A stretch of DNA of 64,000 bases from Enoplolaimus lenunculus (lineage: Eukaryota). The stretch spans positions 372,001 to 436,000 of the forward strand of contig JASANG010003765.1 of the NCBI GenBank assembly GCA_030248215.1, in the 5' to 3' direction. Under the pieces are notes generated by a model. The model was not told the DNA's origin. It searched no databases and worked only from the letters and a program-made list of their open reading frames with translations. Of the stretch, positions 51,585 through 64,000 are shown piece after piece (the stretch's first letter is position 1; every line of letters begins with the position of its first letter). A program made the translations under genes and the position numbers.

Positions 51585-53159
51585 GAGAGTTTAGCTCAAT
51601 ATTTTGACTCTGATTTGAATACAGAATTTTTTCGTCAGGTACGGCTACCGTAGTGGTGAAAGAACGCAAATTATTCAAAAAGATTTTTTACACAATAACA
51701 TTTCTGATGTCCGCGGATTTCCGGATATTCGGATACACCTTTCTTTTCGAATACGTATCCAGATATTTTTCATATCCGGATATCCGGTGCCAATCTTTAG
51801 CTAAAACATTTATCATAACGTTTTTAACTTCTCGAAATAGACATTTTGGCAGTACCGTGCATCTTACTGATCCTCAGACTCCGAAAACATTTCTCGCTTT
51901 ATTAGAAGTTGTGCCTTTGTGAAATGAAATCTTTGGAGAAGGAATTACCTTCGCCCGATAGGCTGAACATTGGACTTATTACTTGCATATTTTAGTATTT
52001 ATTTTCACGCGGACAAACAGCGTATTACGTGCACCTGTTACCGGATATCGTTTTTTTGGTATAAACTGATAACCGTTAATATTTCCGTGTCAAAAACACT
52101 GGAAATTCCTATTTGTTGTCATTCGTTTAAATTTTAGAACGCCACATGAATATTTGCATCCTTAATTGCAATGGCCTGAAAATAAAACATTTTTTACATT
52201 TTTATATATAAATATCCAATGTTTACTACCGCCTTCATTGAATCTGATGCTTTCGTTTCGACTCAATATTAATTAACAGTAATGTCACCGTATAATAACG
52301 TTTTTTCAGCCGACAGCTAGTTCACGAGTGGTCAAATTACTGCATTTGCTCAGTGACCACTGATTGGAAAGGAGTGAAAACAGTATTCGATAGGATAGCT
52401 GTCGAACAAATTTGGAAAAACACATAAAATGCAAGTTTGTGTTCTAATAAAAATATTATTTAGTTTTAGGGAGCAAACAAAACTAAACAGAAATAAAACA
52501 ACTGCAAGCAGAAAACTCTAGTAATTAAAATACCGAAAGGAAAAACAGATATTGTAGTTATCATCTTGATTCTTGAGATGCTGTTAAAATTCATATTAAA
52601 ATAAATATTTGACAGTGCCTAATTTTGGCATCGAAATATTGCAAATTTTGTTTACACGCGTGGGAAATACTAGTATAGTTGGCAGCACACCCTAAGCTGA
52701 TAAGAAGCACGGCGCCACTAAAAGGCGTATAAACTATTTCGCTTTATTGAATGGGTAGCGAAAAACTTATCAAAATTAAAACGTGTTTTCGCATTGCTAT
52801 TTTTGTCAGCTAAATTTATAACTTGGCACCCAAAACGAGATGTTCGACTAGCAGATGTCGGTAGTTCCTGTTGGTTATTCTATGATTACTATACAATAGT
52901 TTCTTGGTTCGTTTAATTTCCGGAAGGAATATATTCTCTCTATACTTATGCTTGTATATATAAGACCTATTAGATGTCCTCTTTGTTATGCATCAACATT
53001 TTATCGCTCGAATATTAAAAATTCTTGTTTTTCCCAACGGTTTTCCCGACAAACAACGCCTTAGGTAAGTTGGTACCTTTACAGTGTAATGCGCATCTTA
53101 ACCTATGCCTAAACTTAGAGACCTGGTACCAAAATAAGCCGGTATCGGAAGCCACAAAA

Positions 53160-53428
53160 TTTACCGGAACCAGAGGTGAGGCGAGATCAGAATGTTAAAA
53201 TGATGTTTAATTTGCTATTTTAGCAAAATATCTGTAAGGTGCTGTTAAATGTGTTGGTTTTACGCTCATGTTTTAGGAAATCTTGACAATTTTTTATACA
53301 AAATGCTAAATTTTGCAAAACTATGCAAAATATCACTACCGAAATTGCCGATGTTGCGGAAGAAATTCTACCGGAGTCGGAAGTCGATATTCTGCCGAAG
53401 CTGAAGGCACACCTCCGGTTGTACCCTG
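53160..53428. mobile_element. MITE-like repeat with a second copy at about 55480-55743
   Basis: Shared aaattttgcaaaa.tatgca.aa...actaccgaaattgccg...aaattctaccggag...agtcgga...tctgccg.agctg.aggca...ccggttgtac.ctg. Confidence 0.75.
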
Positions 53429-54569
53429 ATGATAAGCATAAGTGCGCACTACAAATGTATCGGATATCTAAAAAGTGAAAAGTTGCATTTGCCAGTCAGT
53501 TGGCCTGGAACTTGGTCCAAAACCTTAAAAATAAAAATTTCGCTGCATCTGCCTTTTTTCTGTAAAATTTTTGGAAGACCAATGGATATATGCGCTCCTC
53601 AATTGTGCTGGCAGAAAAATAACACATTTTTGACGCTGTTATACTTCAATATCAGTTTTCCGTTTCCGTTCCGTTATTTTGATCACTATCCGTTTCCGTT
53701 ATTTTTAGTATCCGTTTACATCCTCGCGGTTATCCCCTCAACAGGTCCTCCCAATTTAAGCAGATCGTTAATAAAAAAGAAAAATCGTCCGTAAAGCACC
53801 TTGGGACTGTTTTGGGACAGGTATGAGGTGGACCGGTTAGCGCCGGGGTTGGGGCGCAGCAGCTTCCCATGCATCCTGCCTTAGTGTCCTTTTAAATTAC
53901 GGGTGTTTTAAGGCAGGTTGCAGCTTTCATGAATGTGCGAATTTTGTATATAAAAGATACTTATTTTCGAAAACTGTTAGGCTTCTTGGCCTAAACTTTT
54001 ATACTTCAATATAAGTTTTCCGTTTCCGTTATTTTGATCACTATCCATTCACCCCATAGGTTGGAATACACAGATATGTTACATAATATACTTAATATTG
54101 CAAATACATTTACATTCCTGTAACTTCCATTTCCATCTAGCGCAGTTTTAGATAAATTCCCATCAAAAATTGTCGCTTTTTGTTCAAAGTTGAGTTTTGC
54201 GCGATTTTAGGAGTTTTTATGAATTTACAAAGATTAAAATTGTTTATGATTAACCCACGCGGATAGATATGTCTATAACATTTAGGCAGTATAAGCTTAC
54301 GCTAAGCGTCGCTTTAAATGTGATGCCAAAGTGAAAAATATGGTAGTTATTTTTAGAATATAGATTAAAATTCAAAATATGCTCTAATGGGGTTATGGAC
54401 TGTATAAGGTGGAACCGGTGCCCTTCTTTATATTAAGTATTTTGGATAGAAATGACTTGCTCCGAAGCACTTTTGCTTATTGCCATATCCATTGATCTAT
54501 TCTGGATTTAATAACACTCATGTGGGTTGGGTTGTCTGAGTGTCTGTTGCCGGAGACGACCCATGTATA

Positions 54570-54700
54570 GAACAGGGCCGGAACAGTAGTATAAGCATAT
54601 TCCTAAACCTGAACCTAAGCGTATGGATGAGCCTATACCTAAGCCTAAGGAAAAAAATTAGTCTAAAGCTTAAACTGACTCTATTATAGCCCCGCCGGAA
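54570..54700. repeat. Dispersed repeat family carrying TTAGGC/GCCTAA hexamers; copies at about 6340-6470, 26920-26970, 29945-30125, 35024-35110, 36290-36340
   Basis: Shared aacagta.tataagc.tattcctaa(gcctaa)n...aaaaa.ttagtctaa.gc architecture. Confidence 0.75.
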
Positions 54701-55201
54701 AACGATCCTGCCCTGTTGTATACAAGGGCCCCGGACACGAAGGTGAAATACATTGTGGTAAACTGTTCTGAACTTGCTAACTTTTAGCAATAGTCTACCG
54801 AAGTGTTGCCAAAATTCCGTTTTCACGTCCGTTTTTGAGAAATTTCGGCAGTTAAAGCTACCATACTTGCCCCAAAGTTACAAACCAAATCACCAAAAGG
54901 CACATTTTTTAGAAAAATACAATAAATTATCGTGCCAAAAGCGAATATCGGGTCACACTCTGATGGCAACTCAAGAAACATAAGCGACATGTAAATAATT
55001 TTAATTCACAACAAAAAATTTTGATTAATAAAGATTCAAGATGAGGGATTGCAGCCAACAGTAGGTAAAAAGAGGACGAAATTTTTCGGAGTCGAAGATG
55101 AAGTAAAAATTAGGTAATGGAAAATACATATTTATGACATATATATTTCTAATTTCAAAACATAATCTGCAATGTTGTCAAAAGTTTATTAAAAATGATG
55201 G

Positions 55202-55473
55202 TTAACCCCTTCTCACATTGAGTTGCCTGTAGGCAACTAAGCGCAGTGTATATACGTTAAATAGTATATATATCGCACCGTGTTTATCAATTGCAACACG
55301 TATACATAGTACTAAACACCACAAGACGTGAGAGCCCCCTCGGGCTCGTGCGTCAAGCTCCTATAGCTGAGTGGTGATGGTATACGCCTCCCACTCCAAT
55401 CACTGGAGTTCGAATCCTAGCATAAAAGTAGGTCTCAGGAGAAATAGAAAATATTCATGTGAAAAAGGGTTAA
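55202..55473 (+). mobile_element. TTAA-flanked piggyBac-like non-autonomous element containing tRNA-like A/B boxes; partial inverted copy at about 48667-48820
   Basis: TTAA-CCCCTTCTCACAT ... ATGTGAAAAAGGG-TTAA (11 of 13 TIR positions match); internal TAGCTGAGTGG and GTTCGAATCC. Confidence 0.72.
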
Positions 55474-56117
55474 TTAGTTAATTTTAGCCAATATCAGCAA
55501 TATGTTGTTAAGTTGTTTGGTTTTATGCTAATTTTCTGCGAAATTTCTTAAATTCATTCCTGAAAATTGTGACAAATGTAAAACGAAACAGGCTAAACAG
55601 ATAAATTTAACAGATAAATTTTGCAAAATTATGCACAATTTTACTACCGAAATTGCCGGAACCTCCGGCAAAAATTCTACCGGAGCCTCAGTCGGAGGCC
55701 GATTTTCTGCCGTAGCTGGAGGCAGACTTCCGGTTGTACGCTGCTGAAACTTAAAGAATTCTGACTTCCATTCCAGCTATTTTTTTGGTTGGAATCATGT
55801 TTTCAGCTACACCTAAAGGTTGCACCTTACTAGAAAGGAAGTATGCCAAATGCCCAGCGATGCTGGAACAGTTTCTAATAACGATAAATCCTTGTAGAAC
55901 ATATATAAATGCTGCTGTAGCCCAATGGCAATAGGCTTAGCATTAATAATATTCTGGAATGAAAAATTGTACCCCAAAAATCATTCTCTTAAATTCAAAA
56001 TTACGTTTACGCTGAGGATGGGTTTTTAACATATTTACATAAACATAAGCATCACAGTAATGAAACATTAATATTCATTATTTTCGTTCAGTTAGAACCA
56101 AAATGCCACATTTGTAA

Positions 56118-59100
56118 CTAAATCTCTTGTCCACAAGCTGAGATCCAGTTAAGAGTGTCTAGAAGTGTTTTCATTCCAAAGAACCTGAAACATTTGAACT
56201 GCAATTAATGAGCGAAAGCAATGTCTCCAGAAACCAAACAAATACGGATGGCTAGAATCTGACTTACTTTGCAATATTGCGAAATGTTTTTAAATTCTTC
56301 GCCAATGCTGATTCTGCTGTTGTGTGTGTAAATGTTCCGCCACAGTGACAATAAGTAGACATGTTAGTTTGTTTCACCTAAAAGCACTAAATCAATGCAA
56401 ATGCGCATATTTTTTCTGCAATAATTGACTCGGAAAATTATACAGCCGTTTGGAATGTAGGCAAATATATTCATAAAGTTCACACGTTCAATTCGTTCAA
56501 CGAATGCCAAACAAAGCCAGGTGCGCTTCCAAATCGTTCTAAACGGGGTCTTTGTTCGAGGTACATGGGCTCTTTAACTCAAGTTATAATAATTAATGTC
56601 TAAAGTTCGACTGCTACTGTGTTTCTTAGTCTTTCTCAAAGTACAAAACATAACCTCCATATTCAAATTTATGCTGAACGCAGAAAAGATATGTGCAATA
56701 ATGCTCGTTACCTCTGAACAACGCAAACATTTGAGATCTTGCAACAAATAGGATAAAGACAAATTTTGGCAACTATCTAGTAATCGCGATTCAATTTCGT
56801 CTACATCATACGGTTGACGGCATTGCACGCAGCGCCAAACTCCAATACCATTGCTACAACCAGTAATTCATGCATGAAACACAATATGCCTACAATAAAA
56901 ACCGATAACGGCAACATTAATACAACAGGGGGTTAACTACCAAGTTTTTTTCAGGTATAAACTCAACTTCACAAAAATATTGACAAACCAATATGTAGTG
57001 TATAAACATTAACTATATACAATGAGTTTTAAAAACTTAACAAACGAGTAAGGGTGGCGCTATATTTTCGATAACGTCCAGTGTCGTCCGTTATCATTCG
57101 ACGCCGTCCGTCACCGTGCAGTATCGTACATGAATTACGTATGATACCGCATGGTGACAGACAGCGCCGCACGACAAGATAGCGTCATTGTAACGAGTTG
57201 TGCAAAATTTCTGAAATGAATACAAATTTAAATTCTAACAATGAACACACTAAACTGCACAGAAAACCTAAATTTGTACCCTGTTTCAACATCAAAAATG
57301 TCCTGGTCTCGACAAAGGTCAATATCACGGCAATGGTTGCACGCTCGGCATATAACTTCGGTTAATGTATAGCTTGAACAAGGATCGATGTATTCGGCTT
57401 CTTGCGAAAACTCACCGACGCCAACAAATCGCAATAAGTCTCGACGAAATTTAAATACTTCGTCAGCGACCAACGAATCCAAACTGAACACCTAAAACAA
57501 GCAAAAAAGATCGATTGAACAGTAATTGTACTGGTCAGCTGTTGCTACGAATTGAACGAGACGGTAAAACTACATTCTTGTTACATCGTTGTATTCATAC
57601 TATCGGTGTTCAACATCGTCTAAAGAATATAAAATGTCTTATACCTCAGTCTGGCATGGTGACGATTTGTAAAAATTACTTGATGTTAAAAGCTAAAATT
57701 CAACATTATTTTCTACAATAATAACTCATTACTGACACACAACAGCGTGTATACCTGGCATATCGACTTAATAAATTCAAGTAGTGGATCTTGTAAGTGT
57801 AGATGCGTTCCAGGCCACAAAGGAAATGCTATTTCTGACTCGTCAGTGGTTGCTGCAAGAAGTTTTCTCTTGATCAACGTCAGAATTCTAAGGTTAAACC
57901 AAAACTGTACTAGACATAAACACGCATTATTTAGAATAGCACACTTCATGTTATATACTTCGCTGTTACAGAACCCTTCAATATTGTTAGGGATAGAAAA
58001 ATGTTGTCTTAAAGGTATTTAGTTCGGGGGCTGACATTAAGTCACTTCTTGCTAGTTTACGAAACGGTTAGCAACACTTCCTGCTAGTTTAAGAAAGGGT
58101 AGCAACACTTTTTGTAATATTTCAACCGCACAATGGCGCACGTCATAACATAATACTGAAACAATATCATTATTCTTGTATTGTACGAACTAATAAAATT
58201 CCATTAAAAAACTTACTGCAACGTAGCCTGTGTGAGATCATTCGTAATGTATCTCTTGCAAAATTCGTACCGCATAGCATCAGCGGCCGAACTATCAATC
58301 GGCTAGAAAATAGGCTACAAAAATTTTCTACAGGTTTAAACTTTAACCAACTAAGTACTTGCTACAGGTTCAATGTTTAGTTTGAAAACAATAACAGACT
58401 GGCATCCTAGCTTAGTGTAGGATTCTATCAGCCGACTTTGGTTAGCATTAACGTAAGCTAGTGCAAAAAACCAAGTCCAGTCTTATGACTAGGATGTGGT
58501 AACAATGGGAAGAAAGCAGGGTGTGTGTTGCGTGACATTCGTTTAAGTTGTGCCAGTTTCAGTTTATACTAAGCATTCACCGAAATTCCTTGTATTTCTA
58601 TGCACAAAACCTTTATATTGGCTTCCTGCAAATTTCGGGTAAAAATTTAGCAAAATAGCTCTAACCAGCACAAATTCGGTTGCTTTTACTATTTATAACA
58701 TAAACTTCAGACGGATTTTGCACTAACATTCGTTTAGGCGTTTACTCTCTGGAAGTGACTAGGTTTGAACAGTGAATCAGTCAGTAAATCACAAACTAGG
58801 AAATATCATCATTTCATGTTCGATACAATTTTATAGCTTCACACGTAGAACATTGTCCTTGTAGATCCTTCAGCCTAACTGCGCTTACCACAGACACAAA
58901 CTGCGACGCTTGCGTATCCGGTCCGCGCCGTAATGGAGGAACAGTATTACCACTAGACGTGATTGATCCACCTATGCCACGAGTAGTTTGAATATGATTG
59001 TACACATCACGAATATACTGCCCAATGATATTCTAAAAATGTAAAGATTTTAAGGTCAAATGAAGTTGCATCACTTAGCAGAAACGAACGAACTATGACA

Positions 59101-62100
59101 TATGACAACTAAACACAAGAAATAATCTTAAATTACAAAAAGTCAAACAATATTACATGAACGATGTCTGTTTCGCTAAGCATTCATCAATGGTAAGATA
59201 AAATATATACTTGTGCAAAACATACTAATTTTTATGATGTCAAGTTAAAACAAGCACAAAATTTACTAAAAACTGCTTTTGACACTCGCCACGTGGTAAG
59301 TAATGCGCAATGTTCCAATTCATCGTAAGTTGCTCTTCGGACTCATTTTCAAGTTCCTTAATTAAAATGTGATTACAACTCATAAGGTATTATATAGAAA
59401 GGACAGCAACAGGTACACTGCCTCATAATCCCCAATTAACTGTGTGTTTAATACACTTGTACTGGCTGCTTGTGCTCGAAGAAACAAACAGGAAAATTTT
59501 ACCGTTCGATATCTTATGAATTAATCATTTTCAGTATTCTTGACTTGAAATGTTTCGATTACTTTACACAAAGATCTGTTTTAAAGCTTCTGTGTCAAGA
59601 TGTCGACGTTTCTGTCCACTGAACCATTTACTTCAAAGCACTCTGTAAGCGTATAATCTAGCGAATTAATTATTTTACTTTACATTTTTGTAAGCTAGAC
59701 TAACATATTATTATTATGTTTCACAACACATAACTATACCATCAGAACCTATAAATACAAGAACATATTCTACCGAGCATGCACTCTTCCTTCACTACCA
59801 CTAACCTCTTCGTTGCATTCATAGTCTTCCAAAGTGTCCAATAACGCATCCATATTACCTTCTTCCGATGATGCCTGGTCTCTGTTTATATCCCCTTGCT
59901 CATTATTTTCGTCATCATTTCTCGATTTTGCGAACACAATATCGTCGTTATTCTCAAACTTGCTGCTTTCTACACCGACGTCTTTGCTAACGTCTCCGTT
60001 TAGTTTTTCCACGCTTTCAGATTTGCTATGCATTTCACGTTCGCTGTTCGCGTGGTATCTGGTATCATTTGCAGGGTTTTGGTTTTGTTCTATGTCAGCG
60101 TTATTTTGAACTTCTAAAGAATCTTGATCAGCATCAAATTCATCCTCGTCATCCATTATAATATTTTTCTGAAATACATCAACAGAATATTTTTTAAACC
60201 ATTATTTTATTGTGTCATGTTTGGACAATTTACAAATTACATATAAAGAATGCACACACGCCACAATATTGTTACGGTTACGGACGAATTCTCAAAACAA
60301 TATTACGGAGAAATTCCCTTAACACAGGGATTCCGCTAAATTTTCAAAACAATTTTCTTAGATTTCCCAGATGAAACTACCAATTATTCCCTGATTGGTG
60401 GAAACAAAAACATTTTTCCAAATTTAAAAGCTGCAATTTGTCATACAATGCTTAGACTTAGGAAAATAATAAACAGTACGTAATGTGGACGTAAACTGTT
60501 GCTACGTCATTCGAAAGAGCATCCAGGAACAAAAACGTTAATAAAAACTTCAGATACAACTAGGCGATACTCAATAAAGCTAAAAACGCAAACGATTGCG
60601 TAACTGAAATTGAGCTAGAAAAGAAATTCCTGAAACATTTCAAGACAGTAAGTAAAATGTTCAACTTTATAGGTGTACATAAAACGGTGTAATTTTGACC
60701 CATTCCCTGAAAAAGATAAAGTTCATTTTGAAAATTGGCAACTTTTCCCGATCAGTTAATTTCTTTTCTGTTTTCGCTAATTTGAATGACGAGCTCACAA
60801 AGGTCAATGTTTTCAAAGATTTTCCTTATGAGCGGACGCCATGTAAGCAATAATATATAAACTTGCTAAACTTGATTTAAGGTATTACCCGCTCGAAACA
60901 CTGAACAAAACAAGTATTTTCAGTGAAGCGATTATGACGAAGTGGTTATTTTTCGTCTTTTTTATGGCAATATAGTAGGTGAACGTGACCAACCATGTTA
61001 GCAAAAACGTTACACGTTTCGCTGGATCCAATGATTGAACTATGTACATATTTTAACAAAAGAGCAACTATTGAACTAATGACAAATGCAAGTGTTTAAC
61101 TCACGCGACGTTTTGTCACAGGTGTCATATCGTCGTGTAAGGATTGCAATTCCTCGTTGGTTTCCTTAAATTCATATTGCAATTAATGAACAAAAATTTG
61201 TGACTACTGAAATCACATAATATTCAATTCGGTCACTTATTCAGCAGTTTTTCCGTGGTGTAATCGAAAACAAGAATTCAAAAACTCAACATTTAAAAAG
61301 TAAAGTGTCAAACCAACGCAGAACTAAAATTTACCGGCTTACCTCATCTTCATTCATGGAATCATCACGAAGCTGGACATCCTGAATTTGAGCCAATTGT
61401 TCCTGTTGAACTGTATGTTCGTCAGGCAGCGATACCGAAATTCCACCGTCGTCAGGCAGCGATACCGAAATTCCACCGTAATTAGCCTAAAAATAGATAT
61501 AATTTTAGAGGATTCTCCATTATGTTAAAATTGTTCGTTAAATCAAAGCTTTAAGTGTAATTAATCGTTCACAAAATCATAAAAAATTAAATCAACAAAG
61601 TGTAAACAGAAACTAATGAGCATTGAATCTCGTTTAATCAGTGGCAGTGCCCAGATACCAAAATTTTTGCCGCTGTCAATTCTTAATTTCAAATTTTTAA
61701 GATGCCGAACCGATGCTAATGCTGACACCGATCCCAATTTTAATACATGATGCTTAAAAATTGTTGTACAACTACATCATTATAAAGCCGAAGAGTTAAC
61801 CTTAACAAGCATCGATGACAATTTTATGAGAACGGTTTATTTCAGTTATATTTTTTCAAACATAAACACGACAAGCATCACAGTTTCCTGTTCAGGCGCA
61901 CTGATATATGCCGGCAAAGAAAATTGACAGCATTCCAACTCCGTGTTAAGTGGAAAAAGTATTGATAAAGAATCGTTAACATATTTTGCATGTCGTTTCA
62001 CAGTAATAATGTAGGAATGAACTGATTTGCGTTTGACATCATAATATAACTCGGAAAATAACAGCGTAATTTTATATTGATTTAGTTACGTCTCGAAAAA

Positions 62101-64000
62101 ATAATCAATACTTTTCTGTTACTTCAGAATTAATTTTTCAGCAAACAATTTATTACTGAAATGACGCTAACAGATTTCTCTCACTAAGCTCAAGACAAAA
62201 TCTCCATAAACATTACCAATTTGATCGTATCTTACCTAAATTTTGTGAATAACTTGTCGAATTAAAGCAAATTGTTTTATTGCCTTTTAGAATTGCATGT
62301 TGCGGACGCAACTCAATACCAGGAGAAAAGCATTTCTAAACTACATTCTGCAAATATTTTGCAAACACTTCCGTGCACACGATTTCCTTCAAAAATTCAC
62401 AGCGTATAAACAGTAAAATGGCTTACTGAGCGTTAGTTACATTTTCCGCCAAAAAATGAGACACCATTTCTGCAAACTAACCGGATCTAGCCACATGAAA
62501 AAATTCCATGTGTTAGTGACGGAAATATTCAATAATTCAAACAGATCTTTCTGTTGAATACTGTTGAGAATGAATTTCGTGTACTCCTGCAACAGAAGAG
62601 CAACAATATAACTTTAAATACTTGAAAAATTCCGAAACAAAAACCTAAAACAAAAATGCGATAGCCAAAAATCAACACCTCAATAGCTACTTAACTCATC
62701 TTCGAAACCATTGCAACGCAAAAACGAGCGAGTGAAATAAACCGTGATGGCTTCGCAAACAGCAAGATGTTTGGGGTGAGCAAGAAATTTAGCATATTTG
62801 TCGCATTAATTTGCCCTGCTGCTGCACTATTCGCAATCTTGTGGTAGCTGCTTGCCAAACACATTTGAAAACATGCGTGTTTCACAGCATGTATACCTTC
62901 GCATCTTCCGGTTTGTGTTTCCGTGTACAGACAATAATTTTGTTTAAATTCCCGTATACAATTAACGCGTTCAGACGTTCCAACTCGATAATGAGGAGCT
63001 TAAATAGCTTTTCCATGAGGCCGTGCAGAGTCTTCCTAAGCGCCGGTTCGTATAAAAGTGATTCAGGAGAGCTCAACCAACGATAAAAGTGTATTATCTG
63101 AAATTCTATCGGCACAGTGAAACGGTGATTATGTTAAAAGTAAGCTACAACGAGGATTTTACTTTTCGACATAAATTAAATTTAGCTGAGGCAGGCGGTG
63201 AAATGTGATTCCTGTATTCGAGAATGTTCGGTTCCTTTGAATGAGCTTAAGCAATGCTATGAAAGAGATAAGTAGGACAAATCACAAACTATTACACAAC
63301 ATAATACAACATACTTAGACAATGCGATACACTACACATCATAAATAAACTACATCCAATAAAGTAATTGCAACATACTTGATGGTCTGCGTAAATATTT
63401 TGATTCAAATATACGTCTTTTACCCACTTGCTAACCATAGTCTTTAAAATTCTAAACCATAAAAGATTGAAAGTAATTGAAAATGTTACCGCAAAGAAAA
63501 AATAAACGGTTTTACACGATGGTCAATGTTGTGCCTAAACTTGATAAAACTTACTTTTTATTATAAAATGAATTTAATATACGAATCCGGCAAATCAATG
63601 CGGTGTACTGTAACAATTTGTTTCATGGTACTTATCATTTACATAATTACCCGGCAAGTCAGAAAACCGGCCCCAGATAGCTGTCCCTTAGTAGCTAGAT
63701 TTAATAAACCTCTATCAATATGTTATTCCAGATACCCATTGCAGGTATCAGAACAAAAATTCTCATCTCCAAAAACAGTATAAACCAGATTACTTGTAAG
63801 CCGAACAGCGGCAAATTCATTATACAAGAAGCTTATGTGTAACAGACAGGAAATGCAACATTTTCATAGAAGTGGTGGTGTAAAACTTTTCCTTAAACTG
63901 AATTTGACAAAACGAAAAACAACTGATATCGCTATAAAAAGTATATTTACTTAAAGGCAGCTGCTGAAAGTGCAGTTTCATCGTAGCTTGCTAGCATTCG
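56118..64000 (-). CDS. POLE: DNA polymerase epsilon catalytic subunit A, 3' portion; gene continues past the right edge
   Basis: Exons (to edge)-63951, 63379-63451, 62897-63097, 62482-62586, 61343-61486, 61105-61164, 59806-60168, 59267-59356, 58889-59032, 58217-58302, 57755-57887, 57280-57491, 56712-56853, 56268-56377, 56118-56184; all GT-AG and phase-consistent. Motifs [75 protein letters not shown], CysA (CRAC...CVQC) and CysB (QDLKCLRC...CHC). Confidence 0.97.

Noticed and set aside
59281..59292. GC-AG intron donor in POLE
   Set aside because: The frame continues as [10 protein letters not shown] to a canonical GT donor at 59266.

Overview
AT-rich, intron-rich animal (invertebrate) genomic DNA; dispersed TTAGGC runs hint at a nematode-like genome, but that is inference. 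I reconstructed four spliced genes by hand: UBA5 (minus strand, 5' six exons, runs off the left edge), a MAP1/futsch-family microtubule-associated protein (plus strand, 14 exons, about 1246 aa), a 239-aa secreted Cys-rich, probably GPI-anchored three-finger-like protein (minus strand, 4 exons), and the 3' part of DNA polymerase epsilon catalytic subunit POLE (minus strand, runs off the right edge). Between the secreted gene and POLE is a same-strand cluster of three intronless ORFs (1078, 269 and 843 aa). The two long ones are paralogues with an interrupted N-terminal PH domain, and the short one shares short motifs with the 843-aa protein. The most striking structure is a 16-copy, near-perfect 102-bp tandem array that amplifies an exon/intron junction of the MAP1 gene, giving a ladder of 16 near-identical 5' splice sites. 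Intergenic and intronic DNA is full of MITE-like elements, a CR1/L2-type LINE fragment, tRNA-like Pol III relics and a short array of co-varying hairpins. Most short ORFs in the track are spurious. All homology calls are from recalled motifs, not database searches.
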